Virus record (IMG/VR): IMGVR_UViG_3300038701_001123
Span: 165-64,164 of that record
Reading direction: 5' to 3' (one strand)
Length of the DNA stretch: 64,000 nt
From: a virus
This document shows, piece by piece, positions 7,559 to 15,161 of this stretch (the stretch's first letter is position 1; each line of letters opens with the position of its first letter). Made by a program: the position numbers and the translations under genes. Below the pieces are notes generated by a model, which had not been told where the DNA came from, made no database searches, and was given only the letters and a program-made list of their open reading frames with translations.

Positions 7559-8302
7559 TTAGCCGAGGATATACTCGAAGAGTTCCTTGGCAATCTTCGT
7601 GTTGCCGACCTCAACGCAGTTGGCGCGTTGCCGTGCTTTCTTCACGGCCGAGATCAGCTTGTCCATGCGGCCCAGCATCGCCGACTTTTCATGCGGCGTG
7701 ATCATGCTGGACGTGTGCGTCAGTTCGATGCGAGCGACCGGAACGTCTTCATTCCATTGCTGCACTTGGGCCGGGTGTTCCTTGGTCGGCTCGACCAGGA
7801 TCCGCGACTTGAGAGTTTTCTCGCCCTTCATCGTGACCGTCGGTTGGGCACGATACATTCCTTCGCCGAGGTTGGGATCAGCTTCCCACTTCGTCGACAT
7901 TTCCAGGGTCGGGATTGCGATCAGCACTTCCCGAAGCTGTTTCAGGCGGGTCTCCATGCCCAGAAGGAAGGTGGCCGGGACATCTTTCATGATGGTCACA
8001 CCATCCACGATGAGGTCGGCCTTGGCCCGGCCATTCGCTTCTTCAAGCTGGAACAGGGCATCGTAGTGGCGACCGGTCACGCCGAACAGGTGGTCCAGCT
8101 TGTCGGCGACAGTCGTGACCATTTCTTTGGTCTCGTCGGTGTTCTCGCCAGCGCGGCTTTCGTCAAAGAAACGAACAGTCTTGGTGTGTCCTCGGAAATG
8201 GTCCGGCTTCTTCGCGAAGACCGTCAGGGTTTCCTTACCGATCGCAGCGGCTGCGTTCGTTGTGTCGGCCATCACGGCCAAAAGTTCATGGAGTTTGGGC
8301 AT
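7559..8302 (-). CDS. Uncharacterised conserved protein (resembles the family I recall as DUF7873)
   Basis: MPKLHELLAV, ANGRAKADLIVDG, VPATFLLGMETRL, PTKEHPAQV...EDVPV, KLISAVKKARQRAN motifs. Confidence 0.75.
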   Translation of the reverse strand: MPKLHELLAVMADTTNAAAAIGKETLTVFAKKPDHFRGHTKTVRFFDESRAGENTDETKEMVTTVADKLDHLFGVTGRHYDALFQLEEANGRAKADLIVDGVTIMKDVPATFLLGMETRLKQLREVLIAIPTLEMSTKWEADPNLGEGMYRAQPTVTMKGEKTLKSRILVEPTKEHPAQVQQWNEDVPVARIELTHTSSMITPHEKSAMLGRMDKLISAVKKARQRANCVEVGNTKIAKELFEYILG

Positions 8303-8375
8303 TTTCAGTTTCCAGTTTTTGGTTAACTCTGATAGGCGTAACCTACCCCATGGACGGGGTAGGAGACAAGTTCTT

Positions 8376-9029
8376 TTATTCCTTGCCGACCGTCACAGGT
8401 TCGGTCATCAGCCGGACGAACCCGTTGTTGCTGTCGTGCAGAGTGCGGGACTTGGTGTCAATCTTGTTCACCTTCCACAGCGCAGAAGTTGTGACTTGCA
8501 TGAGGACGTCGCCGACCTTCACGCTGTCTTTCTTGGCCCGGTAATGACGCCGCTCAGGTTTCACGCCGGGTTCCACGTTCAGGCGGATCAGTTCAACCGA
8601 GTAGGGCACGACCTCGGTCAGTTCCTTGGGATCGAACGCCTTGACTTCACCGCCAGCGCCCTTGATTTCCAGGATCCACTTGCCTTCGGAATTCTCGCCG
8701 CATTTCGTGCCGAACTTTCCGTCTTTCGTTTCGTACAGGATATTGGTCATATCGATAGTAACCTCTTCTTGATCTGGGGGATCGAGGAAGACAAAGTCGT
8801 CAGCCTCTCTCCAGCTTCTGTCGTAAGTGTTCTCAGTTCCGTAATGGAGAGAACTCACATATGCGAACCGAATATACCATCCTTTTCTCGGACGTTTCCA
8901 TTTCTTGATGCGGGGCGGATTGTTCGCCGGGCAGTCGCAGGTGAAATAGTCAACTTCCAAGACCTGAATGGCTGATTTGCCGGTCTTCAGTCTTACTCGG
9001 TCGCCGCTCTTAAACGGCGGGTCTGTCAT
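8376..9029 (-). CDS. Hypothetical protein, possibly with internal in-frame start (MTNILYETK)
   Basis: 217-aa ORF with second RBS-like GAAGAGG before an internal ATG. Confidence 0.6.
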   Translation of the reverse strand: MTDPPFKSGDRVRLKTGKSAIQVLEVDYFTCDCPANNPPRIKKWKRPRKGWYIRFAYVSSLHYGTENTYDRSWREADDFVFLDPPDQEEVTIDMTNILYETKDGKFGTKCGENSEGKWILEIKGAGGEVKAFDPKELTEVVPYSVELIRLNVEPGVKPERRHYRAKKDSVKVGDVLMQVTTSALWKVNKIDTKSRTLHDSNNGFVRLMTEPVTVGKE

Positions 9030-9270
9030 GTCCTATCCTTCCATGCTCCATTATCATAATCGTTGTCCCGTTTATACCTCCGAGACCTCCGTCCACTCTT
9101 GGGTCTTCGTACACCCATTTCCAAAAGGCGGGATGCTTCACCCAATCGTAATTCATCCAGAACTCTGTTGCTCGGCTCCGAAGGAACTCTGCCCATGTAT
9201 CACGAGCAGCCATCGGTATCTTACCACCCATCGCCTTGCGAAGCTTCTCTTGGAGTTCTTCATGTGTCAT
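9010..9270 (-). CDS. Hypothetical protein
   Basis: GGAGG RBS before MTHEEL. Confidence 0.55.
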   Translation of the reverse strand: MTHEELQEKLRKAMGGKIPMAARDTWAEFLRSRATEFWMNYDWVKHPAFWKWVYEDPRVDGGLGGINGTTIMIMEHGRIGHDRPAV

Positions 9271-9532
9271 TCTGTTCCTCCAATGCCTGTGCAAGAGCCA
9301 CTTCCCCGGCATGTCTGGCACATAGATTCACACCATCAATCTCGTAACGAGCGGCCATGCTGCACTGTTTCGTCACATCAGCTCGACCTTCATAGAAACT
9401 ATTATAGGTCGTAACTCTCGTGGCTTCACAACGCGGTAAGAATTCTACCTGTGAGGTATTCTTCTTATCGACATTCTGGACAACTCTCGGCTGAGACACT
9501 GCTTCTGGTCGAACTATGACTTTTATCTTCAT
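9260..9532 (-). CDS. Hypothetical protein with Cys/His cluster
   Basis: ORF track; C..C..C..H residues. Confidence 0.5.
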   Translation of the reverse strand: MKIKVIVRPEAVSQPRVVQNVDKKNTSQVEFLPRCEATRVTTYNSFYEGRADVTKQCSMAARYEIDGVNLCARHAGEVALAQALEEQNDT

Positions 9533-10473
9533 CAGAATAGATCCAGTTGCTCGGGGTCCATATCATCAGGGTCTCGGAAGCCCAAGAAGACAGGAAACCT
9601 TGGTTTGTCTTTGATACCGACGGAGAAATACTTTATCTTCGCCAGTTTTGTAATATGACTTTGTCGGTCAAACCAGACTGCATCACGAGTTGCGTCGTCG
9701 AAGCCGGTGCCGACTTGGCATGAAAACGGAGTTCCGTCCTCGAAATGACCTTCCACTTCCAACGCACCGAGAGTGTTCATCGGTACGAGATTCTCTTTAT
9801 GGCCGGAGTGCTCAGTGTATCCGAGTTCATTAATCGTAGCCTCGTTGCCGTTGTGCATCTTCTCGGTAAAGCCAACGATGCGGACTTCCGTATCAATCCA
9901 GCCGCCCTCTTTCATCTTGATGCACTCACATTTCACAGGCGAGCCTCGACCATACTTATAGAAAGCATCGGGATCTCTAAGGATGATACCCTCCTGGCCT
10001 TGTGAGATCATCTCATTGTGGAAGGCCCATACTTGATCCATGGTTTCCAGCTTCCGTGTCTCGGCTGCCCTCATCTTGGGCTCTCCGTCTGAACCCATGA
10101 TAAATTGTCCGGCCACATATTCCACAATACCAAATCTCTCGGTGAAGGTGGACGGCTCGTCCCACTTGTCGAACACATAAAATGTGAAATCATCTGGAGC
10201 GTCGTAGGACATAACGAATTGCATGGTCCTGCGATAGCAATCTGGGGCGATCGGATCTCCACAGATTATCTCCCCATCCATACCTTCAAGGAAGTCTGAG
10301 TTATGTCGAACCCATGATTGTAGTTCCGAAGATCTCACAGGTTTCAAGCTGCGCGTATAAGCATATCCATCTCGGACAAACACACGGATCCCGTCGTACT
10401 TCAATTGGCCCAAGAGAGGAAGCTTCCGTTCAACCTTGGTCTCGTCGAACTTGCCAGCGAGCATAGGTTTCAT
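9532..10473 (-). CDS. lig: ATP-dependent DNA ligase
   Basis: KPMLA, motif I KYDGIR, motif IV EGIILR, C-terminal KYF..G.KDKPRFPVFLGFR OB fold. Confidence 0.92.
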   Translation of the reverse strand: MKPMLAGKFDETKVERKLPLLGQLKYDGIRVFVRDGYAYTRSLKPVRSSELQSWVRHNSDFLEGMDGEIICGDPIAPDCYRRTMQFVMSYDAPDDFTFYVFDKWDEPSTFTERFGIVEYVAGQFIMGSDGEPKMRAAETRKLETMDQVWAFHNEMISQGQEGIILRDPDAFYKYGRGSPVKCECIKMKEGGWIDTEVRIVGFTEKMHNGNEATINELGYTEHSGHKENLVPMNTLGALEVEGHFEDGTPFSCQVGTGFDDATRDAVWFDRQSHITKLAKIKYFSVGIKDKPRFPVFLGFRDPDDMDPEQLDLF

Positions 10474-10859
10474 TTGAAAACTTTCTTGTAGGCAGCGGCT
10501 CCGACCAGAGCGGTGAGCAGCAGGATACCAGCGCCGGGGGCTGGGACCTGAGCGTTCAGGTTCGGGAGATCAGGTCCATCAAAAACAAAAGCGAGACAAG
10601 TATCTCGACCATACCTCTCTTCACAGGGAATAAACTCACCAACGCAAGTCGGTGGCATTTGAAACCATTTCCCAACGATCACGGCAGGTTCCTGGTCGGG
10701 GTCGCGGGGCCAGACAAGGTCCAGGTTCTCTTCAGTTATGCAGACCGTATTCGAAGCATCTCGAGAAAGCAGGTCTTCGAATATGATTGTGTCGGCCTCC
10801 TGCGGCTCCTCAAGTGGAGGCTCAAACGGGTCCGGTGTGGTGAGTTCAACTGTTGCCAT
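10470..10859 (-). CDS. Protein with C-terminal VPLPA/PEP-CTERM-like sorting signal
   Basis: Ends VPAPGAGILLLTALVGAAAYKKVFK (motif, TM helix, basic tail); no N-terminal signal peptide visible. Confidence 0.65.
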   Translation of the reverse strand: MATVELTTPDPFEPPLEEPQEADTIIFEDLLSRDASNTVCITEENLDLVWPRDPDQEPAVIVGKWFQMPPTCVGEFIPCEERYGRDTCLAFVFDGPDLPNLNAQVPAPGAGILLLTALVGAAAYKKVFK

Positions 10860-10885
10860 GTCTCTACCTTTACTTTCTTGACTAT

Positions 10886-10925
10886 ATTATACCGCAGGCG
10901 CTACCCGGTTGACCAACGGTTTGTT
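10886..10925 (-). promoter_or_regulatory. Promoter, family variant
   Basis: ACAAACCGTTGGTCA-N18-TATAAT. Confidence 0.65.
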
Positions 10926-10985
10926 TCTAGCGCCGCCGGAGGCTTGCTGTGCTGGGGCAGGGGCAACGGTGCGCCCTGTGGTGGG

Positions 10986-11027
10986 GCTGGTGGTGCCTAG
11001 CACGGGCAACCGCCCTCCAGCGCGTCC
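10986..11027 (-). repeat. Bipartite element copy D: GGACGCGCTGGA-N21-ACCACCAGC
   Basis: Direct read; lies in GA/TC-free island 10940-11016. Confidence 0.85.
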
Positions 11028-11043
11028 GTAGGGCTCCAAACTA

Positions 11044-11343
11044 TTAGTCGTGGTGGCCCATAAACTCCCAAACGCCCTGCCAATAGTCCTTGATGTTGCG
11101 TTCCATCAAAGCGACATGATCATTTATATGATCAAAGTCTTCTACACCGACCTGCATTCCATTTGCGATTACTTGAAGCCAGCCGATACAGACGTCCTCC
11201 TGCTCTTCACAGGTAAAGACTTTATATCCACCGTCCTCGGTAAGGTGATCGAAAACAAAATCGTGAATATCCGGGTTTTCAAATATGACTTTGTCGGCCC
11301 CTCGGAGGAAAGGACAATCAAAGCAGGGCGCTTCACAAGCCAT
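11044..11343 (-). CDS. Cys-rich hypothetical protein
   Basis: CEAPCFDCPF N-terminus; abuts primase stop. Confidence 0.6.
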   Translation of the reverse strand: MACEAPCFDCPFLRGADKVIFENPDIHDFVFDHLTEDGGYKVFTCEEQEDVCIGWLQVIANGMQVGVEDFDHINDHVALMERNIKDYWQGVWEFMGHHD

Positions 11344-13754
11344 CAGAATGGCTTCTCAATTTCACCGAGTTCTTCTTCATATGGAAGTTCCTCCCATTCA
11401 GTTTCACCATGCGTCGCTTCCCAAGCTGTGCGGCATTGTTCCAACGTACCGAAATCATACACGTTGACACGAGTCTTGACTTGGTGGCTGCGACCTTCGC
11501 TATCGTAATTCTCAACAGTCATACGCTGCTGGTTCTTGATAAGATGCGGGAACATTCTCTTTAGAAACTTACCAAGCTGAGTCGCATTTCCGCGATGGTT
11601 CATCTGCCACCTTTGGGTATACGACGTGAAATCTTCCTCGAGTTGCTTGGTCGGGATCGCTCCCTGCCATTTGGGATGCTGCTCCACGAGACGACCATCT
11701 TGCAGTTTCTGATAGAACCACTCTTCTTCACGGCTCAGTGACAGATCTTTCTGTTCGCGGAGGGCTTCTGTTTGTGGAACCTTACGGACGTTGAAGTCAC
11801 TGAGGTCTATGGACTGCAAATGGTAGAGCAGAGCCTCGTATCCACCGTTCTCCATTTGTTCATCGATTGCGCCGAAAAACTCGCTGTCCTGCTGGTTACG
11901 GGTTCCAATATCGAAAACACAATATCTCCGTTCATCACCCGTGGCACGGATAACGTGTGGATCATTGGAGGCCATGATCAAGTGAACATAGTTGGGATAG
12001 GGTTCTACGTCAATCCCTTTCTGTTCAATTGGAATGGTTTGCTCAGTGATGAGCATCTTGAGAACTGACTCGTGCTGTTTATCTCCAGCAAAGAAGGCTT
12101 CATCAGCGAACAGAGACACACAGTCTTTTAGGTGAGCGTTGAATTGCCCGACAAGGTGTTTCGCGTTACCGATATGAACATGGTGTCGCCCAAAGAGAGC
12201 ACCGAAGTATTTCGCGACGGTGCCTTTACCTGTCCCCTTGCCGCCACGCAGAACGATCGCAACTTCTCCAGGCGTAGCTGGGAACTGAACTACTCGGGCC
12301 ATCCAGTTGATTAGATAGTTGAAGTTCTCTTCATTGTCACCACAAATGTTGACCCGCAAATGCTCCAAGAACAATGAGCAGTCACCCGGTTGCGCCGCAT
12401 ATGAGAAGCCTCTCCAGAGGTTATACACCCCTTCTTTCTCTTGATTCGGCATGAATTTGATGGTGTCGTACTGGCGACGCATCGGATGGTTCAGCCAGAA
12501 CTTTCCAAGATCGACAACCACTGGTGCGCCTTTGTCGCTCGTACCGACTTGCACCTTCTTGTTGCTGTACCTGTTCCGGACATCTTCGAAACTGGAATAG
12601 GTCAGCTTGGTTCGGTTCAACTGATCATCAGGAACTTCCTCAATGACACGACATTTACCGCTGATGTTGCCGATCACCGCATGGCGGTCGTTCATCCATA
12701 CGAGATCATCGCTGTCTCCGGGGGTTTCAGCATATTCCTTGGCTCGGCCAATTTGTCGGACAGCGTATTGTTCAGCGCGGGCTTTGTTCTCTATGACACT
12801 TTCGGAGATGCCCCACTCAGGATCTGTGAGGATAGCATATATGACTTCGTCCGGAACCTTGCAGCGAACCATACCGCAGCAGAAATCGAACAACCATGCA
12901 GACCGAGAGTTGTCCTTCTCTTTGGGCTCGTCTGGGTGCATACCCTGGACCATAATGATCTTGAGCCTGTCCGGCACTTGATACTGATCCAATTCTGAAG
13001 GATCTTCAATGCGAACCACGTTGCCGGGAATGTTGACTTTCGCCCCTGCGCCTGCTGTGCGTCCAGTTCCGAAATCACCTTGGACCCCTTGTGCTTTCTT
13101 GAACTGATCAATGCTGTAGATATTCTTCGCATTGAATTGCAGCAGCTTGGCGAGAGTTTCAACCCGACCTTTCTTTCGCTTCTTTGCATCCGGGACATTG
13201 ACTGTACCGGGTAGACGCATGATGCGATCAACATTGTGACAGTGGTCTCCGCCGAAGATCTGTTCCAAGCGTTTGTTGTAGAGTTCGAAGTCTAGCCATT
13301 TCTCCTCATTGCCATCAATCTGAATGGCTTTGTCCAACTTCCAGAAGGCTTGAAAGCCACCACCTGAGAACAGGATTACTGTCGGCTCGGGGATACCCTT
13401 GGGGAGTTGATCGGTGAGTTGCCCAAGAGCGCGTTCCTGCTCCTCGGCGATATCCTGACCCTCGGCAGGATCGATGTCGACATGGAGCCAACCGGCTTCC
13501 CACATATCGACCTTGTTCGGCTTCTTGATCTTATCCTGCTTAAAGAACGCATTCTGCGGCCTGTTCACAGTGAAATAGATGTTGCGGTCGCCGTTGTACT
13601 TCTCGATCCAGTTACGGCAAGGCTCCAGAGTATTCGGGCCGAATACAGCGGTATCAATGCCTTTACGGTCAGTTGAAATAGCAGTGAGAAGCCACGGTCC
13701 TTTAGGGTAGAACTTCTCGAGAAACTCAATTGACTTTGGGGTCTCACCTTTCAT
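11343..13754 (-). CDS. Primase-helicase (prim-pol/RepB-like N-terminus plus SF3-type helicase)
   Basis: HVDID, FSGGGFQAFW, RIMRLPGTVN; Walker A GGKGTGKGT; FADEAF; IMASN. Confidence 0.9.
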   Translation of the reverse strand: MKGETPKSIEFLEKFYPKGPWLLTAISTDRKGIDTAVFGPNTLEPCRNWIEKYNGDRNIYFTVNRPQNAFFKQDKIKKPNKVDMWEAGWLHVDIDPAEGQDIAEEQERALGQLTDQLPKGIPEPTVILFSGGGFQAFWKLDKAIQIDGNEEKWLDFELYNKRLEQIFGGDHCHNVDRIMRLPGTVNVPDAKKRKKGRVETLAKLLQFNAKNIYSIDQFKKAQGVQGDFGTGRTAGAGAKVNIPGNVVRIEDPSELDQYQVPDRLKIIMVQGMHPDEPKEKDNSRSAWLFDFCCGMVRCKVPDEVIYAILTDPEWGISESVIENKARAEQYAVRQIGRAKEYAETPGDSDDLVWMNDRHAVIGNISGKCRVIEEVPDDQLNRTKLTYSSFEDVRNRYSNKKVQVGTSDKGAPVVVDLGKFWLNHPMRRQYDTIKFMPNQEKEGVYNLWRGFSYAAQPGDCSLFLEHLRVNICGDNEENFNYLINWMARVVQFPATPGEVAIVLRGGKGTGKGTVAKYFGALFGRHHVHIGNAKHLVGQFNAHLKDCVSLFADEAFFAGDKQHESVLKMLITEQTIPIEQKGIDVEPYPNYVHLIMASNDPHVIRATGDERRYCVFDIGTRNQQDSEFFGAIDEQMENGGYEALLYHLQSIDLSDFNVRKVPQTEALREQKDLSLSREEEWFYQKLQDGRLVEQHPKWQGAIPTKQLEEDFTSYTQRWQMNHRGNATQLGKFLKRMFPHLIKNQQRMTVENYDSEGRSHQVKTRVNVYDFGTLEQCRTAWEATHGETEWEELPYEEELGEIEKPF

Positions 13755-14142
13755 TCCAGAACGCCTCCAGTCGGTCGCTGGGCGCGCGACCGTTTTCCAT
13801 CAGGTTGTACCAATACCGGGTGATACCCATGAGATCGGCACATTCCTGTTGTGTCCATCCTGAGCGATAACGCCACAGGAAGCATTGTTCGTGAGGTTCA
13901 AGAGGCTCAACGACTACCATGAAACCGGGTAGCTTGAGAGTTCCTTCTGCCTCGGCGATACCATATTCACGGCGCTTCATACCGAAACTCTTCGCCATCG
14001 CCTTCTGGCTCAAGCGCATACGCCGACGATAGATTAGCGCCCGTTCTCCCTCAGATAAGTCAGAAGCCTTTCCACTTCCAACCCGTTCGGGAAATACAGT
14101 TCCGCTTCCGCTATCATCTGCGGTCTTGTCATGTTGTCCCAT
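13744..14142 (-). CDS. Tandem XRE-type HTH DNA-binding protein (start uncertain)
   Basis: RRRMRLSQKAMAKSFG and RYRSGWTQQECADLMGITRYWYNLMENG. Confidence 0.75.
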   Translation of the reverse strand: MGQHDKTADDSGSGTVFPERVGSGKASDLSEGERALIYRRRMRLSQKAMAKSFGMKRREYGIAEAEGTLKLPGFMVVVEPLEPHEQCFLWRYRSGWTQQECADLMGITRYWYNLMENGRAPSDRLEAFWNER

Positions 14143-14456
14143 AGATTATTTTCCTTGATGTGTCTTCCGGACCAGAAGAACCACGACCTGCTCACCTGAG
14201 CGCACACCAGCGCCAGTCCGCCGCGTTTCTCCCGACGCCAGAGCCACACCTGTTGTTCTTTCGATAGGGGATGAGGGAACTTCACCGGACGGGTGTCCGC
14301 ACTCTTGGGCCAATACTTCATCCACTTGCATTCGATCCAGCCTCCGATAAAATTAACGTCCGGTATGCCTAGACCAGTGGACGGGCTCTCGATAGAGACC
14401 GCATCAAGCGGTTTCAGTTTCTTTACGAGATTGGCGCGGCTGGATGCTTCAGACAT
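14034..14456 (-). CDS. PD-(D/E)xK nuclease (VRR-NUC/Holliday junction resolvase-like)
   Basis: ES..TGLGIPDV...WIECK; LSKEQQVWL. Confidence 0.75.
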   Translation of the reverse strand: MSEASSRANLVKKLKPLDAVSIESPSTGLGIPDVNFIGGWIECKWMKYWPKSADTRPVKFPHPLSKEQQVWLWRREKRGGLALVCAQVSRSWFFWSGRHIKENNLWDNMTRPQMIAEAELYFPNGLEVERLLTYLRENGR

Positions 14457-14470
14457 TTCTTAGAACCCTC

Positions 14471-14510
14471 ATACTACCTTAGCGATTGGCAATTGACAAC
14501 CTCTACTTAT
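14471..14510 (-). promoter_or_regulatory. Promoter, family variant
   Basis: ATAAGTAGAGGTTGTCA-N17-TAGTAT; overlaps the DK* end of the upstream gene. Confidence 0.55.
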
Positions 14511-14976
14511 CGTGGATTGCCTCTACGGGTCCACGCGCTTGGTTGTGATATTTGCCGTCATAGGACTTTTCGACTGGCTGGTCGACACGGTGGAAGACAA
14601 CCTGACAAATCGGCATACCACGCTTGAGCGTGATCTTCTCCTGGCCGTGGTTCGTAAGTTCCAGCGTAAGCCAGCCTTCCCAACCGGGTTCGATGACAGT
14701 GTTCTGCACGGCCAGACCACGGCGAGCCCAAGTGGACTTGTCGTGGACGATCCCCATAACATCGTTCGGCATACAGAAACGTTCCATCGTGGAAGCAAGA
14801 CGGAACATTCCCGGCCAGAGTTGCATTTCTTTCTCGAAGCCGGTATCATCGAACTCCACACGCATATCATAGCCAGCGGGTCCGACGCCATAGGTCATTC
14901 CCTCATGCTTGGTACGCTCTTCGAATGGAGCGATCATATCACCCATTTGGCGAATCGTTTGTCCTGAGAGTATCAT
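14503..14976 (-). CDS. dcd: dCTP deaminase (trimeric dUTPase fold)
   Basis: GPAGYD, DKSTWARRGL, TVIEPGWEGWLTLEL, YDGKYHNQ. Confidence 0.85.
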   Translation of the reverse strand: MILSGQTIRQMGDMIAPFEERTKHEGMTYGVGPAGYDMRVEFDDTGFEKEMQLWPGMFRLASTMERFCMPNDVMGIVHDKSTWARRGLAVQNTVIEPGWEGWLTLELTNHGQEKITLKRGMPICQVVFHRVDQPVEKSYDGKYHNQARGPVEAIHDK

Positions 14977-15161
14977 CAGACAAGCCCTTTCTCAATTGCT
15001 ACATTTTCAGGAAGAGACACGACCCAATCGTGTTCATCCCACTCGTGTTGTGATTTCGGTATCCATACATCAGGTCCGTCTTCTTCGAACTTGAAGCACC
15101 GCGCCTTTTCAGTCTCAGCCTGAAGAGTCGCGTCTAGATCTACTATTTGATTTCTCCCCAT
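14976..15161 (-). CDS. Small hypothetical protein
   Basis: ETEKA....DVWIPKSQ.....LPE.VAIEKGL pattern seen in phage proteins. Confidence 0.6.
   Translation of the reverse strand: MGRNQIVDLDATLQAETEKARCFKFEEDGPDVWIPKSQHEWDEHDWVVSLPENVAIEKGLV

Noticed and set aside
7281-7560. Two-piece (permuted) alphaproteobacterial tmRNA
   Set aside because: The permuted domain has a full D arm and G3-C70 rather than G3:U70, and I see no tag reading frame.
7484-8326. 280-aa plus-strand ORF with QSQSQS
   Set aside because: Antisense to the conserved 247-aa gene; QSQSQS is the reverse reading of the (GACTGA)3 repeat.
10940-11016. G-quadruplex as the sole explanation of the GC-rich islands
   Set aside because: Some G-runs exist, but islands such as 41823 and 60227 lack four G-tracts; GA/TC absence and the bipartite motif are the common features.
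13744-14142. Lysogeny repressor / integration module
   Set aside because: The HTH gene sits in the replication operon; no integrase, att site or divergent cI/cro pair was seen.
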